Source: Strigamia acuminata
Taxonomy: Eukaryota
DNA: 64,000 nt
Direction: 5' to 3'
Assembly (NCBI GenBank): GCA_949358305.1
Contig: OX442314.1
Coordinates: 20,460,001 to 20,524,000, forward strand
The position numbers were made by a program, and so were the translations under genes. This document shows, in pieces, positions 25,801-38,379 of this stretch (positions are counted from its first letter, which is position 1; each line of letters starts with the position of its first letter). Under the pieces are notes generated by a model. It searched no databases. It had not been told where the DNA came from and was given only the letters and a program-made list of their open reading frames with translations.

Positions 25801-28800
25801 TTCCAAATGTCCATACACCTGACTTGAATGTTTGTTGAATTCCGTCGATTTGTACAAGCCCACGTGCTCAATTAACCACAGGTTCGTCTTCACTCTGCAT
25901 TCTTCAATCAATCACACTTCAATTATAAATACTCCATATACATCACAAAAATCGATTGATACCTTCTTCCGCAACTGCTGCGAAGTATTCTAAATTAATT
26001 TTCTCTATTGGTTCTATTAACTGTTTTAGGCCAGCATTCAAAATGTCTTGTGGGATAACTGAATAAATATAATTATTTACTTATTTATTGATTTTATAAT
26101 TGTGCTATACGTGGTAAAACGTCGTCGTGTAATCCTTTTATTCTAGATTCTTTAATTTCATTCCCATTTCTATAACCCTGATAAATGAGCGAGAGCCTCT
26201 ACAACAAGTATTATTAGTGCTAAACCAAAGTAGTTTCCACCCATGTATACTTTATCAATTCCAGCTAATGCTGTGACGAAGGTCCTGTGCATTATGGAAT
26301 CGGGGTATTCGTCAAAAATTATCTCTTCTTCGTCGACTTTGCCCTTTAGACCGCTTTGTGCGGTAGTAGGAGTAAGAGTAGGAGTAGGAATAGGAATACT
26401 GTTTAAGAAAAGTTTTAATGTCACGACACGTCCAGTCTTAACTCTTTGATTACGTACTTTTGGACTGAGATTGATATAGCCGTAGCCGAATCACTGCTGG
26501 TATCGAGAGACATCTGAAAAGAGAGCCACATTATAGTCCTGAGTTTTGTTTGATTTTAGTTGGTTATACTCGCATCTATCAAAGGAAGTTTAAGCGAAGT
26601 ATCTAAAGGCAGATCTTTCAAAGTCAGACCTTCGGCAGCGTCGTAGTAATCGGAAATGACTTGTATCGTGTCGTAGAATCGGTCGACTTCGGCTTGCAGC
26701 ACGCAAATATATCGATTACTCATCAGTATTAACCAGTCGTCCAACCACCCACAACTGGCGATCTGCGACAATTCAATTTTACTTTCTTGTAGCCTGTGGT
26801 CACTGATTTCCCACAGCACATGTCGCAGATCATCCACACGCATATGCAATTCGGCTTTTGTCTCTTCGTCCGACCGCATATCGGCATCTAATGCATTGTA
26901 CTCTTCCTGCCATCGGCTCACAAAGTCCTGCTTGTTGTCGGGTCTTTGCAAAAACTGTTTGAAATCTTGCTGAAGGTTGTAGAAAGTCTGGATTATGGCG
27001 TCCTGATACTGTCGTATTTTTCTAAACGATCGTTTGAGGATTTCGATGTAGCCAATTTCCATGTTTTGCCAAGTTTTTGCAATGTTGTTGGCAACTTCCG
27101 AGGGAATTGGCTCGTTAACAAACTCCCAGTTCCCATCCCCGGGTTGAGAAGGTCTTAAATCAGTTAAAGAGATGACCAAAGATGAAATAACAGATCCTAA
27201 AGTGGAACTAACCGCCGATGTACTTTCTTCGCTGGGATTGACTGAACTGAAAGATATTTCAGTATCGCTGAACTGGGGATTTGTCAGTGCGTCTCCAAAT
27301 TCCTCTCCAGCAGGGAGTCTTGTCATGTTTGACTCCAACAGAGAAGTTGTTGGTGTAGGGAATTGAAATGACTTGTCATTGACTGCATGTGTATAATAAT
27401 AGTCGTCTCCTCTGCTCTCACTGCGATTTGTAAGAAGTGGTTTCAGATCCTTTGGTTTAGCTTTTTTACTTGTAATGTCATTGAGCCAGCTAGTGATTAG
27501 TTCCACGATGTATCCGTGGGAAGCTTCATCTATTGGTATAATGTGCAAGGCATTCATACTTTCAAACCAGACCCTTATTTCAGCCCAATCTTCGTTGAAT
27601 TTTTTCAAACGTTCGTGAACAGACACTTGAGAGAAATCTAAATCCATCTCTGTGGCTGCTGTTGAGAGTACATGCAATAATTAAAAACAATAATTTATTA
27701 ATTTGACATTATCCTGGTGCGAACAAGGCATTAACCCAACGGCAGATTCAGTCATTTGACACTACTAGGTACTAGGCACTCTTCGAATGTGTCGCCCCTA
27801 TCGCAAAAATTTAGTGTTTGTTAGCAGATCAGGATCAAGATACACCTGATATGTGTCACATTACAACCTTGGCTTGCCAGGGCAGCAAGGATTAGATCGG
27901 TCTGCTGGCCCAATAATGTGCCTAGTAGTGTGCACAATGGAAAATCAACCACTGAATCGGCAGTATCAGAACATTTTATTACGGTGTGGAAGAAAAACCT
28001 ACGTACCAATATACTCAGATGCCTTTCTCAAAACCTGATCATCTTCTGCTTCCAAATATACCACCAGATCAAAAGAACACTTTGGGATTGAAGGTGGTAC
28101 GGGTGGGTCAGGGTTCGAAAGTAAATGAGATGAGCGTAGTTCAAAAATATTTGGTTCTTTGTCTTTGCTAGAATGCAGAATGTATAGATCTTCAGGGGTA
28201 TAGTAAGATGACATTCCAGTCTCCAAAAACTTTGCTTGGGCCAAATTAATTGGAAAACCATCCAACATCCAACTTGTTCCATTTGGTAATTGTCTGTTTA
28301 GAAAAGTAATCGTGAAACATTCAAAATCCTAACACAGTTACGCGCTTTTACCTCACGATTTCTAAAATGATTTTCACTACTATATTGTCATTAACTTCAA
28401 CTCCTTGTTTCATTGCAGTCCATGCTAAGTAGCCAAGTACAGCCAATGGAGTCAGTTCGCTTACAGCGTATTCAGAACGTTCAGTGTCTGGAACTTCTTC
28501 ACTGTAGTAGCTCGACTCCAGTTTAGACGAACTTAAGCTTGATTCGAACTTGAAAGTAGTAGTTTGTGTGGAAGATTGATCTTGTTGTTGCAAATGTAGT
28601 AATGACACAGATGAAGAAAACATGGGATCAAAAAAATCAGAAGTACCATCACCTTAAAAAAAAATAAAAATAAAACATAATACAAAAATAAAAATAAAAC
28701 ATTCTTATTTTCCAATGAATGCAAAACCTGAATTAAATATATCGCAATTTTTAGCACTTAAAAGATCTTGAGCGTCGTGAAATGCCAATAGTGCTTCTTC

Positions 28801-31498
28801 TAGTGCATTCTGCGAATTTATAATTTTAATTCGCATTGGAGACATCCCTGAGAAGTAAAATATTAGTGAATACAAACGTGAAGTGCTATCAACAGCTTTA
28901 TTAATTCACCATCGACAATGTCTTCACATACAGCTGTTTTACCAATAAAAGGTTTGCCCAAGACGCATAATTTGAAAGGTGCAATTGGAAACTCAGGGAC
29001 TCGTTGTGGTGGTGGGAAAACATACACTTGGTTCAATATTGTGTAAACAATGTGTCCTAAGATTGACCTTTTCATGTTTATTTGTTCAACATCACAAATT
29101 GGAGGAACTTCCCAGTCATTTACTTTATTCTGTGAACACAAAAACAAATGCAACAGCTAAATCCTTCTTGTATTTAATCACAAATACCATCTCAAATCAT
29201 ATAAATACCACTCTGGATACCGGACTTATGCCATCCGGATAGAACTTAGTCTAAACCATCATGGTCTCAACAAAAGGCCACATCCACTGGCGTAGCAAGA
29301 AGTCAATGGCCAGTGTGCAAGTTGTCCTTTAGCAAAGTAGTAGCAACATTTATTCAAAAATTTACATTTTTTTCATCCTCTGGGCCTTACGGACCTGTGT
29401 CAACCGATTGCTACGCCACTGGACATATTTATGGCGGAACTACTGGACGCAAGCAGAACCCTGCACTGTAAGGGGCTCACCTCACTTTCGTAAAACAATA
29501 ACATTTAAATTTAGTTGCGAGTTCTGCCACTGGGACATATACTCTCCGGACTACTTAGCTTACGCCACTCAATTCCTTTATTTACTTTGTAATCTTGAAA
29601 TTCAGCCTCATCCAGAGCATTGAGCCTATCCTCCTCACTTTGAATATCTTCAACAGCTAATTCCCAAGGTTCATCTAACTGGAGTGGGTCTTCTACTTGA
29701 CTAAAGAATGGTTTTCCTTGAATAAACAGAACCTTCCATTCCCTCCACAATCTTGGTGGGATTTTGCTGCAATTATCAAAACATAGCTTTACTTGTGGAT
29801 ATATCTTATCTGTATTTATCATTTGCTCTTACTTTCCAACCAGAGTCAAATGATGAGATACACACGCACTCAAATCAACAATCTGGTTCACAATTTCTAA
29901 ACAAATTTCATAATGTTTTATCTGACACTGTTCTTTGTGCTTGTTTAAAAGCAACTTGTGGAACTGCCAGTCACTAGCAATTTGTGCATCTTGATAACTT
30001 TTATCCATTTCGCCTCTCCGCATTTCTAAATCCAATGCATTGGCAAATTCCTTTTCTCTCATAAAAGCCAATTGTTTCGCATGAAGTCTTCGGCTTTCCA
30101 AAATAACTGCCTTTTCTTTCCGGATCAGCATTAATTCATTTATCAATTTCTTCTCAAATTTCGATTGTCTCAGCATTATCTCAACCATGATTTCTTCGAT
30201 TTGCTCTCTTTCAGTTCCCTGGAACAGTTGCAGTTGTTCTTCCACAGCTTGATGTTTACGCTGCTTTCGCAAGAGTCTTAATTTTATTTCTTCGTGAAGT
30301 TGTAATCTGATTCTATCCACATAGTCCTGGTTCCATTTGAAATTTACTTCTGCCATATCAATTTTCTGATTGGGTTTTTCTGCTTTCATAGCTTGGGCTT
30401 TTAATAACCTAGGTCTAAAAATTAAATTCAAAAAATAAATTTTTTTCTTCTTCAATTTAATCAAAATTGACCAGACTTTAAAAGAAGACAAACATCTTCA
30501 GCAGCTGGTTTCTTATATAACGGCGGTAATTTAGCCTTTTGTTCAAATTCATCAATTTCAGCATAAGTAGTCTAAAGAATTTAAATTTTATAAGATAAAA
30601 AAACAAACGTTAATTCATTTCTTTTTGGTACTTTTGCTTCTTTCTTTTTTTTAGTAAATTTTTTAGTTGCCATATAATCTGTCATTTTCACATAGGGTGC
30701 CGCCTTGGTTTCTTCCAGTCTGGAATGAAGTATAAACATTACGCAAACAAAAAATCTCAATGCAAATCTCACAAACCTGGTAACTTCTTTGGGTACAGTA
30801 ACAAATTCTTTCAGTCTGTCTGCAATTCTTTGCGACCTTCCTTCCAACAACTTTTTTGTTTTCTCTTGTCTTTCCACAAGTTTTACATTCAACTGCATAT
30901 CTCTGGTTGACATCAATTCTTTTAGTCTCCAAGTGGCCTCCACAGAATCAGAAATTGTCTGCTCAATTTCTCTAATAGCCGCATTCTGCAATTTCTCAAT
31001 TTGTTCAAGTGCTTACTTAAGAGTTTTTACAGCACATAACATACCCTGTCTTGTTGAATCTTAAATTCTCTAGTTGATGCTAGAACTTGTTTGATATGGC
31101 ACTTCTGGTTCTCTATGTTAACAAACATTTTGTACAACTGTTCGATTATAGTCGATGTTTTAGCATTTTGTATATCAGAAATAATATCCTCAGTTGTTTT
31201 AATCTCCAATTGATCCCACAAAGATTCTAATAAACTAAAATTTTTCTTTACACTTTCGACGTCTGCAAAGTCCGTGAACTCGTCCACATTGTCAATTAAG
31301 CCATATCTCCAAAATATTTGCGCAAATAAATAGCCAGTGCTGAAATCTTGTCCGATTGTGCCGTATTCTAGAATAACAATAAAATAAAATAGGATACTAA
31401 TTTTTATAAATAATTAGACACATCAATTATAGTTTCTTGCCTATAAACTTGGACAACTTTACTTCATAGTTCAACCATTTACAAATTATTCCAGCCAT
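22898..31498 (-). CDS. SPEF2: Sperm flagellar protein 2 (CH-like N-terminus, coiled coil, adenylate-kinase-like, EF-hand C-terminus); many exons
   Basis: MAGIICKWLNYEVKL...QDFSTGYLFAQIF; P-loop KLCVLGKPFIGKT; GWMLDGFPINLAQAKFLE; FLQRPDNKQDFVSRWQEEYN...DMRSDEETKAELHMRVDDLRHVLWEI. Confidence 0.92.
24359..25652. mobile_element. Non-autonomous Foldback/Mutator-like DNA transposon, 1294 bp, in a SPEF2 intron
   Basis: Termini GGGATGGACTAATCGGCAGCTG...CAGCTGCCGATTAGTCCATCCC; about 350 bp of near-perfect inverted repeat; 9-bp TSD GCATTCTAA at 24350-24358 and 25653-25661; AT-rich simple-repeat core about 24851-25043; no transposase ORF. Confidence 0.93.
29285..29421. mobile_element. Short hAT-like MITE relic in SPEF2 intron
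   Basis: CACTGGCGTAGCAA (29285-29298) and TTGCTACGCCACTG (29408-29421) form a 13/14 inverted repeat; flanks GCCACATC / GACATATT match at only 5/8. Confidence 0.55.
29429..29532. mobile_element. Second short hAT-like MITE relic, adjacent to the first
   Basis: Perfect 8-bp direct repeat GGACATAT at 29421-29428 and 29533-29540 flanks degenerate TIRs ttaTGGCGGAACT / AGTTCTGCCACTG. Confidence 0.6.
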
Positions 31499-31558
31499 TT
31501 TAATCAATCTAAAAGTCAGATACACACATTTAACTTACGGAGACATATTGTTTTGAAT

Positions 31559-31571
31559 GTTGCGTAGCAAC
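31559..31571. promoter_or_regulatory. RFX X-box in the SPEF2/SPATA6 divergent promoter
   Basis: GTTGCGTAGCAAC, a near-palindromic 13-bp X-box 60 bp upstream of the SPEF2 ATG. Confidence 0.7.
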
Positions 31572-31841
31572 AACTCTCCTCACTGTTAAGTAACGTACCG
31601 TAACTTGTATCCAACATGGAGTTTCACCTCAGAATAAAGACAAGCTAAAAATCCCACAATATGTCTTTATTCTGAGGCAATATAGCACAAAAAAATTGTT
31701 TAAATTTTGGTTTGGCTTTCAAAAAATATAACCAGCCATTATACGAAAATTTCTATCACATTCTATTTTTTGTGTTTATTATAATCTACTTAGTTTTATT
31801 CTATTTATTTTACACTTCCGATTTATTTGAAAACGAAAAAT

Positions 31842-33187
31842 ATGCCCCGTAAAGGATTGAAAGTGACGGCTGAAGTCTGCGTATCAGCAGTACGTCTTTT
31901 ATTACATAACATAACGGCAAAATTAATTTATGAGCTTTTCTAAAAAGGTTTCCTGCCCGGGAGTTAGACTCCCTTTAGAACATGACGTGTTTCTCAGTAT
32001 TTGTTTACTCGGTCATCATGTCCACACAAGGTCTAGCCCTCCGATTTTTCCTTTAATTTTTAAAGAAAAAATTAAGTTTATCAAGGTAAAACTAAAAATT
32101 AAAAAACTAAAAAAAAAAAATAATAATTAAACGTTATTAAACAGACATTCCCATGTTGTTCGGATGTTCAACAACTAGATCAAGCTTTAAGAGGTACAAC
32201 ATTGAACAGATAATTTTCATCGGCAGCTAATTGATATTCCTTGCAGATGATGCTGTTGTATTAGAGTTGGTTCGGGATGACCGAATGTGTAACAAAATGG
32301 TTGTTTTGGCAATTTTTGAAACTTGCGCTCAGAATTTCCTATTCCCGATGCAAGGACTACGTCCAACTTATTCGTGCTCCGATAATGAAATAATCCTAGA
32401 TCCAACAAATGACTTTCCGGTAAGAATAATTCTATTCCAATGCAATGGAAATTAATCACCGCATATACATGCACAGGGCGTGATCGGACCTAAAGTCGAA
32501 TTTTCCACTCTAACAACAATCAAAGAAACTACGTGTCCTGAACTGGATTGTCTCAAAGATAGAGTCATTCAAATTGACGAATGCGTAAGTGTGAAATACA
32601 AAAGTTTCCATTCCTTACCTAAAATGGATCCTAATAAAACAGAGACGTCCGTGCAAAATCTCTTCTCCGTTGTGCCCAGCGCCCTGTCCAGCTCCGTGTA
32701 CAACCCCGTGCACGACTCCGTGCACAACTCCGTGTACACCTAGATGTATGCCGTGTCCATCTCCTTGTCCTCCCCCATGCGCTCCGCCTTGTTCACCATG
32801 TCCGCCGTTATCTCCACCCTGCTACAGAAGAGAGACAATATGCTGTCCTCCACTCCTCAAATCCTACAGAAGAGGTAAAGTTTGTTAATATCCAAACAAA
32901 CTTACACGTTTGATTTATTGTTTCAGACTTCTGCTCGTCGTGTATGAGTGATTGCTGCACTTGTCAACCAAGGCTTTCGCCAAGGCCGTGTCTGCGGCCA
33001 TGTACTCCACCAAGATGTTCTCCAAACCGCTGTCCTCGCCCGTGTACTCGCCCATGTCCAACGCCGTGCCCACCGTTGTGTCAATCCGATGTAATTTTTA
33101 TTTTATTTATTAAGTTAACAGTCAGTTTGATTTCCTTTCCCACAGCTTTGCTCATCGGACGATGATGATAGTCAGGACGGTAACTGA
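31842..33187 (+). CDS. SPATA6: Spermatogenesis-associated protein 6 family protein with a Cys/Pro-rich C-terminal tail
   Basis: MPRKGLKVTAEVCVSA|VSCPGVRLP...VFLSICLLGHHVHTRSSPPIFPLIFKEKIKFIK...GPKVEFSTLTTIKE matches the SPATA6 domain; later exons are PC-repeat rich; TGA 33185-33187. Confidence 0.82.
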
Positions 33188-33723
33188 GTGATTCAGTGAA
33201 ATATAATAATTTATTTATAAAAATCCTTTTTTTTTTTTTTTTTTTTAAATTTGGTTTTATCTTTGAGTTAATAAAATGAAAAGGAAAGAAATTTTCTTGA
33301 AATGATTTTTTACTAATGGAAATTGGAATAAATATTGAGCTTTACAAGTTTTTTTCAATTTTCTTTGAAATTTCTTCTTTTAGATCTGTGGATTGCCATG
33401 TTATGATTCAAATTGTCGAAATTCAGATTGTCAAAGACTAAGGTAAATAAGTCAGATAAAAATCGTGTTTTTTTTTTATATAAAACAATAATTTGTTATT
33501 TCTTATTTAAAGTTACATTCATGTGGATGCTCCTCAGTGTTCTCCGTCCTACTGTTAAACATATTTTTCGTTTTCTAATTTTTTTTTTTTAAATTGTTTG
33601 TTCCGAATCAACTAAATTTGTAAGAAGGCTATAAATTCTAATCGGCCAACCAAAAAAAAATTGAAAAAAATTGAAAAAATAAAAGAAATAAAAATAGAAA
33701 AAAAACCAAAACCTTGTATAATT

Positions 33724-34143
33724 CTACAATTTCTTGCTAATTTTTAAATATTTGTGAAAATCGATCGAATCTTCGATGTCGTCTTCGACAACGATTTTCT
33801 CTTTGGGTTTCTTCTTTTTAAGGCGAATCATCTGCTCACTCGCAGATATCGAATTCAAATCAAATGGCAGCTAGAACAAAATAAATAAACAAATAAATAA
33901 ATAACTAAATTCATAAATAGTGCAGTTTATGCACACCTTGATTATTTTGCGAGGTTCGTGGTATCTAATTTTAATTGTTGCTCCATTAGGGTACACTAAA
34001 ACAGTCGGATACATTCGTGTATAAACATGTCGACCAATTTTCGCTATTGAGCTCCGGTTGGAATTCCATCTCTTGCACGATTCTGAACAGAATCCCGGCG
34101 TGAAGTAACATGACTTAGTCAAAGTACGTAATATTGCTAACAT
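33724..34143 (-). CDS. MRPL55: Mitochondrial ribosomal protein L55 (bL31m), 2 exons
   Basis: NSNRSSIAKIGRHVYTRMYPTVLVYPNGATIKIRYHEPRKIIK|LPFDL...RLKRRKPK. Confidence 0.92.
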
Positions 34144-34302
34144 TTCTTCGTATTTCACTTCACAATTCTTATACTTCCTCCCTCACGCCGTCTTCAGAAG
34201 CAAAATCAAACTTCTTACAGGATATGATGTCAATTTGTGTATATTTTACCCCCTCTTGCGAGAATTCTTTGAAATAGGTTTTATTTGTTGTTGTTACACA
34301 TA

Positions 34303-34311
34303 GTCACGTGA
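34303..34311. promoter_or_regulatory. CLEAR/E-box (TFEB/Mitf) motif upstream of cystinosin
   Basis: GTCACGTGA about 260 bp upstream of the ATG of a lysosomal transporter gene; second CACGTG near 34429. Confidence 0.55.
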
Positions 34312-34572
34312 ATTCAGCTCATAACGAGGACATCACCGACGAACTTGACTGCTTTTATAAAACGTTAGTTGCATTATACAGCGTTGATCTGTGTCATAGG
34401 TGTCAGCTGATAATTATAGGCCAGCACGCACGTGCTGTATTTTTTCGGACAATGAGTCAGAGAGAGACTAAATTTTCATAAAAAAAAACAACAAAATAAA
34501 GGTAAGAGTTGCGGTTAACACGACTCAAAAACGGAAATTTTAATGGAATAATTAATTCAACAGACGCAGAAA

Positions 34573-36269
34573 ATGCTCCACCGGTTATTTTTGACTTTAG
34601 TCTGCACTTGTATAATTTACAATACAGGTAAAATAAGTGTGAGTTAAAATGGTCGTCCAGAAATTTATTGAATAAATTTTCAGGTGCTGAAGTGCACGAA
34701 AACGAGACTGTGATCGTTAAATTTGAGCCGTTCGAATTGAAATTAGAAGTTGGATACGAAAATAAATTCCAAATTGTTCTAGAGTGAGTTGTCAATAAAA
34801 TTTTTGTGAATAACAAATGTAATTTAAATTTTTAACTCAATTACAGGTCAGAATTATTGCATCCTATTTTCCTAACATTAAGTGAAGACGAAAAAAATGT
34901 AATTGATTTACCGATTAAAAATTTCACTTTAAGTGGATCGAAGGAAGTTAGTGTGACGGGTATTAAAGCTGGACATGTCACAGTTACCGGCGTGGCCAAA
35001 AATTCGACGTATTTTCAAGTGAAGTATGTATACAAGCTTAACAAAAATTTGTTGAAATAAAAATTCACCGACTCAAATTTCTATTTGTAGCACTGAAAAT
35101 GCATTCATAACCATTGACGTATGCGAAAGTCTTTCATTAGACGTAGTCAGTTCAGTAATTGGCTGGATTTATTTCGCCGCTTGGACTTTTTCATTTTATC
35201 CCCAGATGTGGGAGAATTACAAAAGAAAGAGGTAAAACTTGTATCTTTCTGCTAGACAAAAGTAATTTTTGTTCTTTTTTAACATTTTATTTTAGTGTGA
35301 TTGGACTTAACTTTGATTTTCTCGTTCTTAACTTCGTGGGTTTTACTTGTTACGGTGTATTTAACATTGGTTTGTTTTGGATTCCATTAATAAAGGTGTT
35401 ATATTATCATTGTTATTATTGTTTAACAATCTAATTTCATATTCATTTTTTTAAATCAAGGAACAATACTTTGACAAGTATCCGAATAGTCACGTGAATC
35501 CAATTCAAATAAATGACATTGCATTTTCTGTACATGCTGTGATTGCTACTTTTGCAACTATACTTCAGACGTTTATATATGAGGTATTGAAATGAGTTGT
35601 ACACTATTTATTGTTTAGATTTAGAATTTACATTTTAACAAAGTAATAAAATGTTAATTTGATTTGTAGAGAGGTGACCAAAAAGTGTCAAAAACATGCA
35701 TAGGAATTTTGGCAGCCATAATCGCGTTTTTGCTAATTTGTTTAATTATATCCATTTTGAATGTGATCAAATGGTTAGAATATTTATATTTTATATCGTA
35801 CGTTAAATTAGCTATTACATTAATCAAATATTGTCCTCAGGTATGTACGAATATTAAATGTAAGAAATGGAAAATGTTTATATAAAATTATGTTTTAGGC
35901 TTACTTTAATTATCGAAGAAAAAGTACCGTTGGTTGGAGTATTGGAAACGTATTGATGGATTTTACTGGAGGTTTATTTAGTATCGTACAAATGTTTATT
36001 ATAGCGTATAATTATTGTAAGTTTGTGATGAGGCTCGAGAACGAGTATTTTTTGTTTTAATGGCGTGTTTTTATTTTACAGCCGATTGGTTTTCTGTGTT
36101 CGGTGATCCAACTAAATTCGGTTTAGGATTTTTCTCTATATTATTTGACATCTTGTTTATCGTTCAACATTATTGTTTATACCGAAAAACGGACGAAACT
36201 AGAAACTTGATCACCCCTGACGAATCTACACATAATTATTCTAATGAATCACTTAGCAATGAGGCATAA
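34573..36269 (+). CDS. CTNS: Cystinosin (PQ-loop lysosomal cystine/H+ symporter), copy 1
   Basis: Signal peptide, lumenal domain, [70 protein letters not shown]. Confidence 0.94.
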
Positions 36270-36575
36270 CTTAGCATAATTTATACATTTTTAACTTATT
36301 TTCTGACTATTTTTTTTGTTTTTCTATTTTTTTTCACTTAATTATTGACTGTAATTCACATTTACATTTTACTATCTTGTGTATCATATTTAAAAATTAA
36401 AAAAGTGTTGACGTCAAATTACGTATTGCGTGTTGAAATATCTTGATTGTGATTGAGTCATGAAACTGGAGTAATAGATGAGTGACATATAGCTGATAAA
36501 TTATCTGGTGATATAATTATTAAATATAATGAACAACTTGATTAAAGAGTGTTCACTTGCCATTAATTAGAGACA

Positions 36576-38379
36576 ATGCAAGCCTTACATATTTTATTTA
36601 CTTTGGCTCTCTTTAATTTATCAAATGGTAGGTGATTTTATATTATCAGAAATATCAATTTTCTAAAATTCTAAATTTCAATTATTTTTCATTTTTAGCT
36701 GAATATGGCACAATTTTACTATTTGAACCAGCAAGTTTAGGTGTTTTATTGGGAACCAATACAACATTTACAACTAAATTGATGTAATAATTGTATTTAA
36801 ATAATTGCATTTACGTTTGGGGCCTAATTTTAATTTTGTGTGTTTGCTTTTTATTATTCTTGCAGGCTCGTGAACGCCACAGATGAAGCAACGAGTAAAA
36901 ACTTTTTAGTAATACTTCAACCAGATAGAAAGGAAATTGTTTTGAATCCACATGAATTAAATTTTACCTTTGATTCCAACACATCAAACGTCAAACAAGT
37001 GCAATTAATTCCTAATCGGTGTGGATATACGGAGATAATTGCAACAAACGCATCACAAATCGACAAGTTAGTACCAATTGAATTTAATAAAATAATTTTA
37101 ATTTTAATCCCTATTTGGGTAATTTATTAAAATTTCTTTATACAATTTTAGTGTCGAAGAGGCCTTTCTTAGAGTGACAGTTTACAGATTTGAGGAAATT
37201 AGATGGGCCATAGAGATTGTTGGTTGGATTTATTTTCTGGCTTGGTCGTTGTCATTTTATCCTCAAGTATACACAAATTTCAAACGAAAAAGGTAACGCA
37301 TTACTCGCTGATAGTATTCATTCATGGACCCAATAATTATTAAATTAATTAAAATTAAAAATTAAATTAATTATTATTATTAACAATTATTGGGTCCGTG
37401 ATTTATTATTTCTTTAATTTCTTATATTTTTTTCTATTTTTAGTGTTGTTGGATTTAATTTTGATTATGTTGCGCTCAATTTTGTTGGTCACACATCTTA
37501 CTGCATTTTTAACGTAGGATTAAAATATTTCGAATTTTTCCAAGTAATTTATTTAATATTCCAAAATTTTGCAGTCGCAATATCTTAACTTATTTTGTAA
37601 AACAGACCCCATACTTCAGTAAACATCCACACGGAGTCAACCCAGTGCAACTAAATGATGTCTTATTTTCATGCCATGCTGTTTTTGCAACAATTATCCA
37701 TATCGTTCAATGCATTATATACGAGGTAACTTATTAAATATTAAACGAACAATCGATCAAATGTTTACCTGTTTTTTTTTTCCAGAAAGGAGGTCAAAAA
37801 ATTTCGAAAATTTGCATTGCCCTTCTTGCTCTCATATTCGTTGTCGTTATGATTGGATTAATATTGGCGATTGTCAATGTGCACGATTATTTATCATTTC
37901 TGTATTTCTTCTCTTACATAAAATTAGCAATTACCTTTCTCAAATACTGTCCTCAGGTAATTATCCATATACGACTGCGAATTTAAATTAATTAATTTTT
38001 AATGATTTTTATAGGCCTATCAAAACTGGAAAAGCAAAAGTACTCGTGGATGGAGTATTGGCTATGTATACTTGGATATACTTGGTGGATTCAATAGTAT
38101 TGTCCAAATGATATTGATTTCCTATAATTTCGGTAGGTGAAATGAATAGGTGAAGAGTAAACTATTATGAAATTGAAAGTTCCTTCATTTTTTTTAACAG
38201 ATGACTGGGAATCCCTTTACGGTGATGTCGGCAAACTAGGACTAGGCGCGATATCTGTTCTATTTGACTTTTTGTTTTTCTTCCAACATTACATCCTGTA
38301 CAAAGACAACAAAGACAACAAAGACAAGACGAAATCGGAAGTTGGCTTTGTGTTGGACGGCCAGTTAACGCACATTTGA
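36576..38379 (+). CDS. Cystinosin paralogue, copy 2 (tandem duplicate)
   Basis: Same exon layout; [69 protein letters not shown]. Confidence 0.9.
37323..37400. mobile_element. 78-bp miniature inverted-repeat element in a cystinosin-2 intron
   Basis: CATGGACCCAATAATTATTA ... TAACAATTATTGGGTCCGTG (18/20 inverted match), AT-only core, flanked by ATT at 37320-37322 and 37401-37403. Confidence 0.6.

Noticed and set aside
31385..31397. U12-type donor-like GTATCCT on the minus strand in SPEF2 intron 1
   Set aside because: It lies downstream of an in-frame stop and too close to the acceptor to define an intron
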